Of a DNA stretch of 64,000 bases, positions 32,004 to 42,199 are shown piece after piece. Under the pieces are notes generated by a model that saw only the letters and a list, made by a program, of their open reading frames with translations, had not been told where the DNA came from and searched no databases. This stretch comes from Gammaproteobacteria bacterium (lineage in GTDB: Bacteria > Pseudomonadota > Gammaproteobacteria > Eutrophobiales > Eutrophobiaceae): NCBI GenBank assembly GCA_965222155.1, contig CBDCTH010000012.1:3424001-3488000 (forward strand), written 5' to 3'. The translations under genes were made by a program, and so were the position numbers. Position 1 is the first letter of the stretch. The number at the start of each line of letters is the position of its first letter.

Positions 32004-34964
32004 TTGCAACATGAGGCAGGGAATAAATCTTATACAGGCTATTTTTCTCATACGGTAAATAAATTGAACTGTAAGAATATATTACTGCCGGTCGTGTATT
32101 TCTTATGTGTGGCTTTACTGGCTAGCCTTGTTTACGGATTGGCTGTTAGGAATAATTACAAAGAAAATGTTTACGAACACGCAAATCTTGAGTTCAAGAC
32201 CAGCGATGTGATTGAACGAAACCGCTATGCCGCTCGTGAAGATAATGGTAAGTTCTTGTTTGTGGCAGGTGCTCCCGATACGGCAGGAGCTAAACTGTTT
32301 TTTCGTAGAACCGCTGACATCAGATTTAAGGTAAGATCCCTCTATCAGGGACCATCATGTACAGAAATTGGAAAGAATAAGTCCACTCTTGCCGTCGACA
32401 CCCCCGTTAACTGGATTCGAATACTCCTCGACAAGCCAGACATTGAGTTTACGATTACAGTTGTAGCAGGAGATGTCCTGTTTGTGAGGGTAAACAACCC
32501 TGACCAACAGCAGTGCGGCCAAGCTATGATTCGCTTACTCCAAATCAGTAACTCCCCATCGCAGCATTTTATTTTCGGCTATTTATTAGTCTGGATGGCA
32601 ATGGCTCTATTGCTTGCGCATTTTCACCTGGGATACTTGGGGCTTTGGGGCGCGGCTATTCATACTTTTTATATTTACAGCGAAGCACTATACCAGCAAA
32701 AATTGGGTCTTGAACTTGGCCCAGCCTGCCTGGTGAGTTTGGCAGGAATTGGCGTCATCCTTCTACCGTTGATATCGCATTATACTCGACTTTTTGCACT
32801 ACCACTTTTCATTGTCGTCACCATCGCGTTGGTCAGCTTCCCTCTAATAAATATAGGAAATTTCTGGTTAACTGGAAATGTTCTTGATACCGATGCAATT
32901 CACGCAATTTTCCAGACAAATCAATCAGAACTCCTACAGTATCTTGATGACAACTACTCGGTTGTTAGGCTAATTGTTGTTTTCGGTTCCATCGCTATTT
33001 GTTTGGGATTGCTTGCTTGGAAACTGATAACAGCCGTTGCTGCCCCCTCCCTAGCTGGACTGGGAGTTCTATTCCTGTCTCTGGCTGTTTTATTTTCAGG
33101 CCAGATTTCCGATAGCCTGCTTACATTCAGTGTCTGGAGAGATGCCTCAATCAGATACTACCAGGAACTCAGGGCTTTTCACGACCTCGCTGCAAAAAGA
33201 GAGGCAATGAGTGCAAGTTACGAGTTACAACGCTCACGTGGGGACCGGGTGACTGTCCTAGTGATTGGAGAATCCCATAACAAACGTCATATGTCCCTGT
33301 ATGGATATCCACGCGATACAACACCGAAACTGGCGCAGAGGAACAAAGATGAGAACCTTATTGTATTTGAAAACGTCTATTCCAACCATACCCATACAAA
33401 TCCTTCTCTTTCCCTCTCTCTGACCGAAGCGAACCAGTACAAGAAGAAAAGCTGGATTACTATGCCCTCATTAGTTACCGTTGCGCGTCAAGCGGGTATA
33501 AAGACTTACTGGATTAGCAATCAGCAAATGCTAGGTATTTGGGATAACGCTATAGCATTACTGGCCAAAGAATCTGTGAACGTCGTTAACATCAACAAGA
33601 AAATTGGCAAATCGAAGTCTTCGGACAAACAGGATGAGGTCTTGATCCCATACCTCAAAACTGCGCTGCAGGATACAGGCGAAAAACTAATAGTCGTTCA
33701 TTTAAGCGGTAGCCATGGCAGTTACTGTTCACGTTTTCCCGCTGCTTGGAATGCTTTTACGGGGGAACTAGAAGTATCCGTATTTGGAAGTGCTTATACA
33801 ACGACTAACATTAAGAATATAAATTGCTACGATAACAGTATTCACTACAATGATCATGTACTAGACTTGGTGTTCACTAGCCTGGAAGAATCCGAGATTC
33901 CAGCATCAGCGTTATATTTTGCAGATCATTCCGAGGATGTATTCAATGGAAAGGGCCACAATTCTTCACGCTTTGATTTCAACATGACTGAGATTCCAAT
34001 GGTTTTTACGGCCTCGAACTTATGGAAGCAGGAATTTTCTGGACATTGGAATCAATTACTTAAAAACAGAAAGAAAATATTTACTAATGATCTGGTTTTC
34101 GAAACTGTACTTGGGTTGATGGGACTTAAAAGTAATGACATTAAAACAGAACATGATCTAGGGCATGAGGATTTCGAAGATATTGGGGCACGTAAAACCC
34201 TACATGGACGTGTAAGTCTAAAGGACAATGATAATTATTACCTGTGGCAGCGAATAAATGCTGACTTGGTTAAGAGTAACAATTTTGGAAGCCGCCTATT
34301 GCCCCATCGGGTCAATACTTTAGGGAAAATGTCTGAGATTACAAAAGCTGGACTCCGCTCATTTGAGATGGATGTTGTATTCCGTTCGGAAGGTGGGTTT
34401 CTTGAAGTTGGTCATCACTCTGGAGTGATGACCAGTATGACATTGGAAAACTTCCTCGAAAAAATCCCGAGAGACTTTGAAAAAATCTGGCTGGATATCA
34501 AGAATGCCACTAAACCCACGATTCCATTAATTGATAACCGACTGATTGAACTTGATAAAAAGTTTGAATTGAAAAGTAGGAGCATTATTGAAACCAGTAA
34601 TGAATCAGCATCTGTTTCGTTATTGTCTGATAGTGGATTTCACGTGTCTTTCTATCTGCCCATCAAGGAAACCCTAGACATTATGGGTAAAGACGACAAG
34701 GCTAAGGAAATTTTTGCCAAAAAACTCGCAGAGATTGTTAAAAGACAAGATGCCAGTGCGGTTTCATTTGATCTGCGGTTGTACAAATTTGTCAAGGACT
34801 ACCTTGAGTCAGAACTGCGCCCAGAAATCGTTTACCATACTTGGTCTCCTGGCAACTCATTCAGGAACCCGAATTTGTTAAAGGAGATGGAGGCACAGGA
34901 TTATTTTCTCGACCCAAGGGTTGAGACAATTCTACTACCTTTTATTTCACAATTTTCCCTCTAA
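32004..34964 (+). CDS. Phosphoethanolamine transferase (sulfatase fold) fused to a C-terminal GDPD-like domain
   Basis: TM block, VIGES...MSLYGY.RDTTP, HL.GSH, FADHSE; then PHRVN, FEMDV, WLDIKN. Confidence 0.8.
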   Translation: MQHEAGNKSYTGYFSHTVNKLNCKNILLPVVYFLCVALLASLVYGLAVRNNYKENVYEHANLEFKTSDVIERNRYAAREDNGKFLFVAGAPDTAGAKLFFRRTADIRFKVRSLYQGPSCTEIGKNKSTLAVDTPVNWIRILLDKPDIEFTITVVAGDVLFVRVNNPDQQQCGQAMIRLLQISNSPSQHFIFGYLLVWMAMALLLAHFHLGYLGLWGAAIHTFYIYSEALYQQKLGLELGPACLVSLAGIGVILLPLISHYTRLFALPLFIVVTIALVSFPLINIGNFWLTGNVLDTDAIHAIFQTNQSELLQYLDDNYSVVRLIVVFGSIAICLGLLAWKLITAVAAPSLAGLGVLFLSLAVLFSGQISDSLLTFSVWRDASIRYYQELRAFHDLAAKREAMSASYELQRSRGDRVTVLVIGESHNKRHMSLYGYPRDTTPKLAQRNKDENLIVFENVYSNHTHTNPSLSLSLTEANQYKKKSWITMPSLVTVARQAGIKTYWISNQQMLGIWDNAIALLAKESVNVVNINKKIGKSKSSDKQDEVLIPYLKTALQDTGEKLIVVHLSGSHGSYCSRFPAAWNAFTGELEVSVFGSAYTTTNIKNINCYDNSIHYNDHVLDLVFTSLEESEIPASALYFADHSEDVFNGKGHNSSRFDFNMTEIPMVFTASNLWKQEFSGHWNQLLKNRKKIFTNDLVFETVLGLMGLKSNDIKTEHDLGHEDFEDIGARKTLHGRVSLKDNDNYYLWQRINADLVKSNNFGSRLLPHRVNTLGKMSEITKAGLRSFEMDVVFRSEGGFLEVGHHSGVMTSMTLENFLEKIPRDFEKIWLDIKNATKPTIPLIDNRLIELDKKFELKSRSIIETSNESASVSLLSDSGFHVSFYLPIKETLDIMGKDDKAKEIFAKKLAEIVKRQDASAVSFDLRLYKFVKDYLESELRPEIVYHTWSPGNSFRNPNLLKEMEAQDYFLDPRVETILLPFISQFSL

Positions 34965-34976
34965 CTGATTCTTTGA

Positions 34977-35747
34977 ATGGCCATTCTCATAATGGACAAA
35001 GTATCTGTTGTCATCCCAAGCTATAACTCTTCATCCTACATATTGAATGCTATCCAGTCTGTATTGAACCAGACTTATGACAACCTTGAGGTGATAGTTG
35101 CAGACGATGCTTCGACTGACGACACCCGTGAAGTGGTACAAAATATTGGAGATCCGCGCGTAAAGCTAATAGAACGCAGAGTGAATGGTGGAGCTGCTGC
35201 AGCAAGAAATTCAGCCATTCGTTCTGCAACAGGCCGATATATAGCTTTTCTCGATTCTGATGACTATTGGTTACCGAATAAATTGTCAGTACAAATAGAC
35301 AAAATGCAGGAGGAAGCGGCAAGCTTCTCATGTACAAGTTTTATTATTAAATCGAAAAAACGCCAGGTCTTGATCGATATACCAGAGAAAATAGATTATA
35401 AACGCCTGTTAAGGGGAAATATAATCAACACTTCAACGGTGGTATATGATACTGCTGCGCTTGGTAAAATTTATATGCCCGCCCTACCTGTAGTGGAAGA
35501 TTTCGCGACTTGGTTAAATATATTAAAGCAGTGCAATTCGGGGCTGGGGATACCTCAATATTTGGCTTATTACATAAAGCGGGACAATTCACTTTCTTCT
35601 CGATTCGTGCGTACTAAGTGGTTCACTTATAGAGCATATAGAGAGACACAGGGCTTATCTCATGTCATGTCAGTTTATTATTTGTTGGGTATTTTACTGC
35701 GCGGGTTATGGAAACGTTTACGGCGAGTTTATCTGCCGCAGTCGTAG
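34977..35747 (+). CDS. GT2 glycosyltransferase (TuaG-like)
   Basis: VSVVIPSYN, DDASTD, ARN.AI, FLDSDDYW, EDFATW. Confidence 0.9.
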   Translation: MAILIMDKVSVVIPSYNSSSYILNAIQSVLNQTYDNLEVIVADDASTDDTREVVQNIGDPRVKLIERRVNGGAAAARNSAIRSATGRYIAFLDSDDYWLPNKLSVQIDKMQEEAASFSCTSFIIKSKKRQVLIDIPEKIDYKRLLRGNIINTSTVVYDTAALGKIYMPALPVVEDFATWLNILKQCNSGLGIPQYLAYYIKRDNSLSSRFVRTKWFTYRAYRETQGLSHVMSVYYLLGILLRGLWKRLRRVYLPQS

Positions 35748-35836
35748 ATTATTGGTGAGATTATCATAATATCCCGGCCGTACCATTACTGCGAAAGGTT
35801 ATCCCTGTATGGCGTTGAGCAGGGGCGGGGATCCAG

Positions 35837-35977
35837 TCAATCATCGACCCAAGTGTGATCTGCCTCATAACCGAGGTCTATCAGTGCCTGCCCGGCATAA
35901 TGGTCAAATATCTCCCGTGCCTCCCGCGTGAAGTGATTCTTCCAGTCCCCGACGATGCCTTTGCGGACAAAGTCGTA
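35837..35977 (-). pseudogene. 3' fragment of a second sulfotransferase copy, cut at a type B element
   Basis: Paralogous to 24825-24965 (FVRKGIVGDWKNHFTREA). Confidence 0.8.
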
Positions 35978-36140
35978 CATCCAGGGTCAGACCAGCATAA
36001 AAAGTATAACTGTTTGATTTTAATTGATAATCCGTCTGTACATGACCTTTTCAAATCGTTAGAACACGCGTTTTATTACGAAAAAAGACATTGTAAGAAA
36101 TGTCACTTGCTTAACATGATATTTTCCGCCGTGAAAACCC
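35978..36140 (+). mobile_element. 245-bp element type B, right end missing
   Basis: CATCCAGGGTCAGACC start; matches 40128-40290. Confidence 0.88.
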
Positions 36141-36263
36141 AGTACTTGTTTGAACCAGAAAGGACATTTATACTCCACATATACACGCGTCAAACGCGAT
36201 CTGCAATGGCCACAAGCTCAGACTGTAAGCGAAAGATAGGAATCATGGTATGCTTGGACTATT

Positions 36264-36743
36264 ATGCCCTGGAAGACAAGAGGGACAAGCACCCGACCGA
36301 GAAATGTTGGAGAATTGGTGATGGATGAGAAAGATAGCGCAGTCAATCAGAAGGCAGAGAGCACAAATAGAGTCTTTGCAGAATTCTTTAATAAAATTAC
36401 TGATCGGTTTGTGCCAGCTACCTCCGAAGACGACAATGCCTCTTCATGGATAAGGTATGGTGTAACACCTCTGGGATTGTTTGTTTGGTGTGCCTACGCG
36501 TATTTATACGTGATTAATGATGAAATTGCCCGCGTAACAGAGAATCAAAATGATATGCTATTTAAAGAACTTCCACCTGACTGGGCAGGATCAACCTCAG
36601 TAGTTCTTTGGAGTATGGCCATCATGCTGTGGTTTTTGATAGGTAAGAGCTTTAAACGTGGGCAAGCACTGACTTTCTTTTTCTACGGTCTGATTTTCCC
36701 CACGTTAGCCTTGCAAATTCTGAGGTTCGCATTCCCATCGTAA
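36264..36743 (+). CDS. Hypothetical membrane protein (about 3 TM)
   Basis: ORF with hydrophobic segments; likely start near 36322 after GGAG. Confidence 0.6.
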   Translation: MPWKTRGTSTRPRNVGELVMDEKDSAVNQKAESTNRVFAEFFNKITDRFVPATSEDDNASSWIRYGVTPLGLFVWCAYAYLYVINDEIARVTENQNDMLFKELPPDWAGSTSVVLWSMAIMLWFLIGKSFKRGQALTFFFYGLIFPTLALQILRFAFPS

Positions 36744-36758
36744 TGAGGCTCCGGACAA

Positions 36759-37376
36759 ATGAATATATGGGCAACACAGGTATTAGTATTAATGATGGTC
36801 CTAGGTTGGACAGCACAAGTCGTCTCCCAAGGCAAACGCGATAATGCAATAGATACGGAATACAGTGCCCAACTCGCCAACGCCAAACCGAACGATGTTG
36901 ATCGTGCGACGCTTCCCAGAAAACTGCTTTGGGCGGGAATCTCATTGATCAATCCTGACGAGCGATACAAGCTTGTCCCTCTGTTCGGTTATTCCATTTC
37001 CAATTTGGATGAAAAATGGTCAGAAGAACATTTGGGCAATGTGCTGGCTAAGGTAGAGGCGGGCAGTGTCCGTCTTGCCATACTGAAACTAGATGCAGTT
37101 GCATCAGATTCTGGGAACACTTATAAAGGGCAGGGCATCCAAGTCAGCAGTAAAAAAAACAGTAATTTCCCAGTATATACTCAGGCACAGGTGTCCAATT
37201 TCCTGAAGGCTAATAGCATAGATATAAGTTATAAAGACATGATCGCATTCAGCCAACCCCTTAGCGATGTGGATTTCAAGGAAGAATTCATTGCCAATTC
37301 AACTCTCTGGGCCAACGATAGCAGTGTGCGTCTACCTGACAAGGATACGGCTTCTACATCATTAGTAAAAAAATAA
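36759..37376 (+). CDS. Hypothetical secreted protein
   Basis: Signal-peptide-like N-terminus; 15 bp after the previous ORF. Confidence 0.6.
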   Translation: MNIWATQVLVLMMVLGWTAQVVSQGKRDNAIDTEYSAQLANAKPNDVDRATLPRKLLWAGISLINPDERYKLVPLFGYSISNLDEKWSEEHLGNVLAKVEAGSVRLAILKLDAVASDSGNTYKGQGIQVSSKKNSNFPVYTQAQVSNFLKANSIDISYKDMIAFSQPLSDVDFKEEFIANSTLWANDSSVRLPDKDTASTSLVKK

Positions 37377-37723
37377 GAAGATACCTGTTAGGCGGATTCA
37401 AGTCATAAGTGCAACAAGTGGTTTGGTATTGTTCTGAACCAGCTCAGCGAATACCTCCCACGGGGTCTTAAACCCCAAACTTATACGCAAAATTAATGTC
37501 TTTTGCTATCAGATACAAAAGTATGCGTTTGCCCTGCTTTACCGGCCCGAATCCCGGAACGTTCTGCACCATGGCGTACTTTATGGTATTATCAAGTTTG
37601 CGCCGCGAACGCGTGTTTCTTCGTTCAAATGTCATTTATTAGTAGTGGGCAGGGAGCAGTTATGTGTAAGTGTGTTAGTCAAACCAGGATGACCTGTAAT
37701 TATAAGCAAAGGAGTTCAACACA

Positions 37724-38041
37724 ATGCAACTACTCATAGAATCTATGGCAATTATCATACCCTTGACCGCGATCATGGTGACGCTGTTTTCCTGGTTGCG
37801 TCAGGACATCAGGGCACAAGGTGATCGTCTCGATAGACGCATCGACGAACAGGGCAAGGAGATCAGGACGCAAGGTGATCGTCTTAATGAACGCGTCGAC
37901 GAACAGGGCAAGGATGTCAAGATTCTGATCGCTGACATATCCGCCCTGAAAGCCACGCTGGAAACTTTCTTCCGACTGCGCGTGGACCCGCCCCAGCCAC
38001 CGGACAATACTAACCCTGATCAGGTCAGCAAGGTCGCATGA
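37724..38041 (+). CDS. Small membrane-anchored coiled-coil protein with an 18-aa internal repeat
   Basis: AAGGAG RBS, N-terminal TM, IR.QGDRL..R.DEQGK twice (54-bp tandem repeat). Confidence 0.7.
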   Translation: MQLLIESMAIIIPLTAIMVTLFSWLRQDIRAQGDRLDRRIDEQGKEIRTQGDRLNERVDEQGKDVKILIADISALKATLETFFRLRVDPPQPPDNTNPDQVSKVA

Positions 38042-38135
38042 ACGACATTCCCGTCGTACAGCACCACTATAAGGTATCTAAGTCCGATGCCTCTGTCGCA
38101 CTCATACGTGTACTGAGTAGCGGTCTGGTTACGCC

Positions 38136-38198
38136 GCTGAACCGGAATCGGTGTTCACCTTCAACCGGAATCAGTGTTCATCTTCACCGGAATACGCA
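38136..38198. mobile_element. Solo IS21-family terminus
   Basis: Repeated ACCGGAATC.GTGTTCA boxes ending in CACCGGAATACGCA. Confidence 0.65.
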
Positions 38199-38225
38199 GT
38201 CCTGGCGGTAGAAGTCGCTCAGGCG

Positions 38226-38561
38226 CATCCAGGGTCAGACCAGCATAAAAAGTATAACTGTTTGATTTTAATTGATAATCCGTCTGTACATGACCTTTTC
38301 CAATCGTTAATGGCAGTGCATCCAGGGTCAGACCAGTATAAAAACTATAACTGTTTGATTTTAATTGATAATCCGTCTATACATGACCTTTTCCAATCGT
38401 TAGAACACGCGTTTTATTACGAAAAAAGACATTGTAAGAAATGTCACTTGCTTAACATGATATTTTCCGCCGTGAAAACCCTGTTCTAATCCTTAAAACG
38501 GCGCGCTATTGAGAATTTTATCCTCTATAATCATAGAGTTATATTGGTCCGACCCCCTCGT
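38226..38561 (+). mobile_element. Type B element: partial copy (38226-38309) followed by a full copy (38319-38561)
   Basis: Two CATCCAGGGTCAGACC starts; one TTATATTGGTCCGACCCCCTCGT end. Confidence 0.9.
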
Positions 38562-38761
38562 GTCGTCGTATCACTGCAGCCTGCAAGTTGTACACTGGGC
38601 GACTATATCAGGCACTCAAGAGTTTCCGCACCGGTGTGGTCATCGCACCTGCGGTCTGATGTGATTTAACATAGATAATTGCACGTTACGTGAGAATTTG
38701 CGAAAAATTTACGAATAATGCTATAATTGTGTCATCTAAATGCCCCAAAAGGAATAAGCCA

Positions 38762-40033
38762 ATGCTGTTACGTTTTGCTGTAGCAAATCACCTTTCCATT
38801 CGCGAGAGTCAGGAATTGTCCTTCGCTGCATCTTCGTTGAGAGACCGAGGCGATGGGCTAATTGACTGCAAAGCGGTGCAGAGCGGGTCAGTTTTGCCCG
38901 CGATAGTGATCTATGGCGCCAATGCATCAGGCAAATCCAATATCGTGAATGCAATAGCCGCCATGATGAAAATGGTATTGAGGTCGCATACCCAGGGTGA
39001 ACCCGGTGGTGGCGTACCACGCCATGCATTTAAGCTTGATTCAACTTGTTCGCAAACCCCGTCCAGATTCGAAATCGACTTCGTCATCGATGACGTAAGA
39101 TACCATTATGGATTTGAAACAACGGATGAAGTTTTTGCTGCGGAGTGGCTGTACACTTTTCCCAAATCACATCGCAGAAAGATGTTCGAGCGCGACAACA
39201 GCGAATTTGAATTTGGACGCTGGTTGAGAGGGCAGAACAATAATATTGCTGGATTGACTAGACCCAATAGCCTATTTTTATCAGCTGCCGCACAGAATGG
39301 TCATGAGCAGTTATCAAAAATATACGAATATTTTAGGTCAATTAAGTTTGCTAGTACGATTTCAATACCAGGTATAGAGGCTTCAGCGCGATTTGTAGGA
39401 GATGACCCAGATTCACGGGTGATCGATTTCTTAGCATCGATCAATACTGGGGTTATTGGTTACCAAAAAAGGACAGATGAAATTTCGGAAAAAGATCGAG
39501 CAATACGTCGAGAGCTAATCGCTATAGTTGAAAAGTTTTCAGATGGTCCTATAAAATTTGAACCCGACGAGGATGATAAGCATGTTGCTATTGAACTGGC
39601 TCATCGTGGTCGGCAGGGAGAGTCGGTTTATCTTGACTTAGATTCGGAAAGCGCTGGTACACGGCGGTTATTGATAGTGCTTGGCCTGGTATACCAAGCA
39701 TTGGATAAGGGTGTCCCGCTATGCGTAGACGAAGTGGATGCCAGTCTGCATACCCATGCCAGTGAAGCGATATTGAAGTTATTCTGCCTACCAGAGATAA
39801 ATCAAAGCGGTGCGCAGCTTATTGCTACAACTCACGATACTAACTTAATGAAATCGTCAGTATTGAGACGCGATCAACTTTGGTTTACTGAAAAGACCTC
39901 GGAGGGAGCTACGGAGCTTTATCCGCTAACGGATATTCGAACGCGCAAGGGCGACAATATTGAATTAGGGTATTTGCAAGGCCGATTTGGAGCGCTTCCA
40001 AGTGACGACATAACATTGCCAATTCGTGAGTAG
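38762..40033 (+). CDS. RloA-like / AAA_21 ATPase of a two-gene defence system
   Basis: MLLRFAVAN..SI, YGANASGKSN, ESAGTRR, VDEVDASLH, QLIATTHD, RRDQLWF, YL.GRFGALP. Confidence 0.88.
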   Translation: MLLRFAVANHLSIRESQELSFAASSLRDRGDGLIDCKAVQSGSVLPAIVIYGANASGKSNIVNAIAAMMKMVLRSHTQGEPGGGVPRHAFKLDSTCSQTPSRFEIDFVIDDVRYHYGFETTDEVFAAEWLYTFPKSHRRKMFERDNSEFEFGRWLRGQNNNIAGLTRPNSLFLSAAAQNGHEQLSKIYEYFRSIKFASTISIPGIEASARFVGDDPDSRVIDFLASINTGVIGYQKRTDEISEKDRAIRRELIAIVEKFSDGPIKFEPDEDDKHVAIELAHRGRQGESVYLDLDSESAGTRRLLIVLGLVYQALDKGVPLCVDEVDASLHTHASEAILKLFCLPEINQSGAQLIATTHDTNLMKSSVLRRDQLWFTEKTSEGATELYPLTDIRTRKGDNIELGYLQGRFGALPSDDITLPIRE

Positions 40034-40039
40034 AATTGA

Positions 40040-40120
40040 ATGGCGAGGCTCAAGATACCGCCAATCCGACGGCGAAAATCGCGTAAAGAACCGAAACAAC
40101 ATTTTGTCCTGTTTTGCGAT
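40040..40120 (+). pseudogene. RloB-family protein, only the first ~27 codons remain
   Basis: MARLKIPPIRRRKSRKEPKQHFVLFC, cut just before the expected CEG motif by a type B element. Confidence 0.7.
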
Positions 40121-40127
40121 CATCCAG

Positions 40128-40372
40128 CATCCAGGGTCAGACCAGCATAAAAAGTATAACTGTTTGATTTTAATTGATAATCCGTCTGTACATGACCTTT
40201 TCCAATCGTTAGAACACGCGTTTTATTACGAAAAAAGACATTGTAAGAAATGTCACTTGCTTAACATGATATTTTCCGTCGTGAAAACCCTGTTCTAATC
40301 CTTAAAACAGCGCGCTATTGAGAATTTTATCCTCTATAATCATAGAGTTATATTGGTCCGACCCACTCGTAT
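40128..40372 (+). mobile_element. 245-bp element type B, full copy
   Basis: Inverted ends GGGTCAGACCA/TGGTCCGACCC; IHF-like sites at 40157-40169 and 40338-40350. Confidence 0.92.
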
Positions 40373-40380
40373 GTACTCAT

Positions 40381-40693
40381 CACGCGGCGTCTCCAGCTCA
40401 AACTGGCTCTCCCCGGTGGTCAGTGTCTTGCTGCTATAGCCGTTGCGGCGGTTGGCATTCTCCGATGGCGCATGCCGGGCGTAGCCCAGGTGGTCCGCCA
40501 GCTCAGCATTCAGCGCCGCTTCCACGGTGACCTTGGTCAGCATCTGGCTGAACTCGTTCAGGTCTTGCTCGGTTTTCAGGCCCTTCGCCACCTCACGGGC
40601 AAAGGCTTGCAGGTCTTTCTTGTTCATAGTACCTATCCTCACCCATAGTGATGGTTAATGATAGGCGGTTTACACAGTTTTTGTTACAGTCCC
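40381..40693 (-). mobile_element. IS256-family left end and transposase N-terminus, truncated
   Basis: GGGACTGTAACAAAAAACTGTGTAA end; EAALNAEL..HLGY, RNGYSSKT, TPRD, then cut by the type B element. Confidence 0.88.
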
Positions 40694-40766
40694 AGATAAA
40701 GTAGCGCGGCTGCTCGACGACTTATCTTTATTCGTTGTATTCCGCATTTTTTGAAACCACTGGTAA

Positions 40767-41684
40767 TCAATCCTGAATATCAAACGTGGTTGATAAGGCG
40801 CATGACATCGGTCTGCGCTTTTGGTCCATCAGGATTCTTAAGCTTTCGAAATTTGGAGAGTCATCTATCAACCCCTCCTTACATTCCAACATAAGGTCGG
40901 TGACAAAGTTCTCTAATCGCCAGCCACAGGTAAACTCTTCTCCAGACAACTTGCTTGGCACTCCATTTTTAATATCTTTGTAGGATGGGACGTAACCCGA
41001 GGTTTTTGAGTGAAGTGCATCATCTAGCTGTTTTTTTGGAAGCACTCGGCAACCGATTATGTTTTCGCCTATATTTGGAACACTTGTCATTGGCATCCTG
41101 ACTGCATGGGGAATATCTACGGGGTTATAGAATAGGTAATACATCTTTGTTTCCCAGCGGCGCTCAAAATGCCCCATAGTTTCTTGTTGTTCACTCTGTT
41201 TTTTCAATGCTTGATATTTTGACGTCTCTTCGAATACCAATAACTTATCTGCTATCAAATCTGAATGTTCTTCATCCGTTACTAGCAATCTACCTAGGCC
41301 GAATCGTCTGACGTACTTGCTCTCTTCAGTATATTTCAAGCTGTTTGCATAAAGCTTCTTCGACTGTAGCAGCGCTATTTTACTTTTTACCACCTTACCT
41401 CGATGACGAAATACCATCATTAAACCAATATCTGCTACCTCCCAAGTTCCAAAGTGCCTTCCTCCTCCAATGAAGTGGGCATCAATTCGTACGATCCAAT
41501 TTGAAGTTAATGTTACTGGTGTTTGGTTCCTCGAAAAGTAAGAAATAAAATTCATATCCAGAGACTCTTCATGAATTGCAGGAAACCTGGATAAATCGAC
41601 CGCTACTTGCCTATTACAACTAGCGAAGTGGGATCTCAAAAAATCACTTACGTCGTGTGGTATATCAATATGAGTAATGCTCAT
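40767..41684 (-). CDS. Hypothetical protein with a PD-(D/E)XK-like motif; putative nuclease
   Basis: HEESLD, EVADIG...ALLQSKKL; low GC; defence-island context. Confidence 0.6.
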   Translation of the reverse strand: MSITHIDIPHDVSDFLRSHFASCNRQVAVDLSRFPAIHEESLDMNFISYFSRNQTPVTLTSNWIVRIDAHFIGGGRHFGTWEVADIGLMMVFRHRGKVVKSKIALLQSKKLYANSLKYTEESKYVRRFGLGRLLVTDEEHSDLIADKLLVFEETSKYQALKKQSEQQETMGHFERRWETKMYYLFYNPVDIPHAVRMPMTSVPNIGENIIGCRVLPKKQLDDALHSKTSGYVPSYKDIKNGVPSKLSGEEFTCGWRLENFVTDLMLECKEGLIDDSPNFESLRILMDQKRRPMSCALSTTFDIQD

Positions 41685-42199
41685 TTCTGGTGTATGGGCT
41701 GAATAGTGAGGTGGTGCATCCGATGTTGTATAACTGTCTCTTTCAAAAGATAACAAACAACTTAAGAGGAGTACACCACTACCCTGATTTGACGCACACT
41801 CTCATATAGTCCCAGGGGAGAGTGAAGATGGCAAGACAAATATACATTTGTCATTTTCGGGTCGACTGGAAAGTATAATCTGGCTTCAATCAGAGACGTA
41901 TTTCGAAGCTGCATTATGACCACTCATGAGTGTGAAGCAGTGTGCAATATTGACCTCTATTTGTCTTATTGCCAATATAGGTTACAATTTGCTAATCAGA
42001 TTATGATGCGTATTATACCTCAATCACTAATAATTGACACTTGAGTGCCCGCATCACGGACAGGGTTATGAGTGAAGCCAGCAGATGCGGGACGAACAGT
42101 TCGAGTTTGAAATCAGCATTAAAACGTCACAGAAAATGGCTGTGCAGTCAGTACAATCGGGTGTCTCATAACCGTGCCGCAGTATAAATTTATGGGCGA

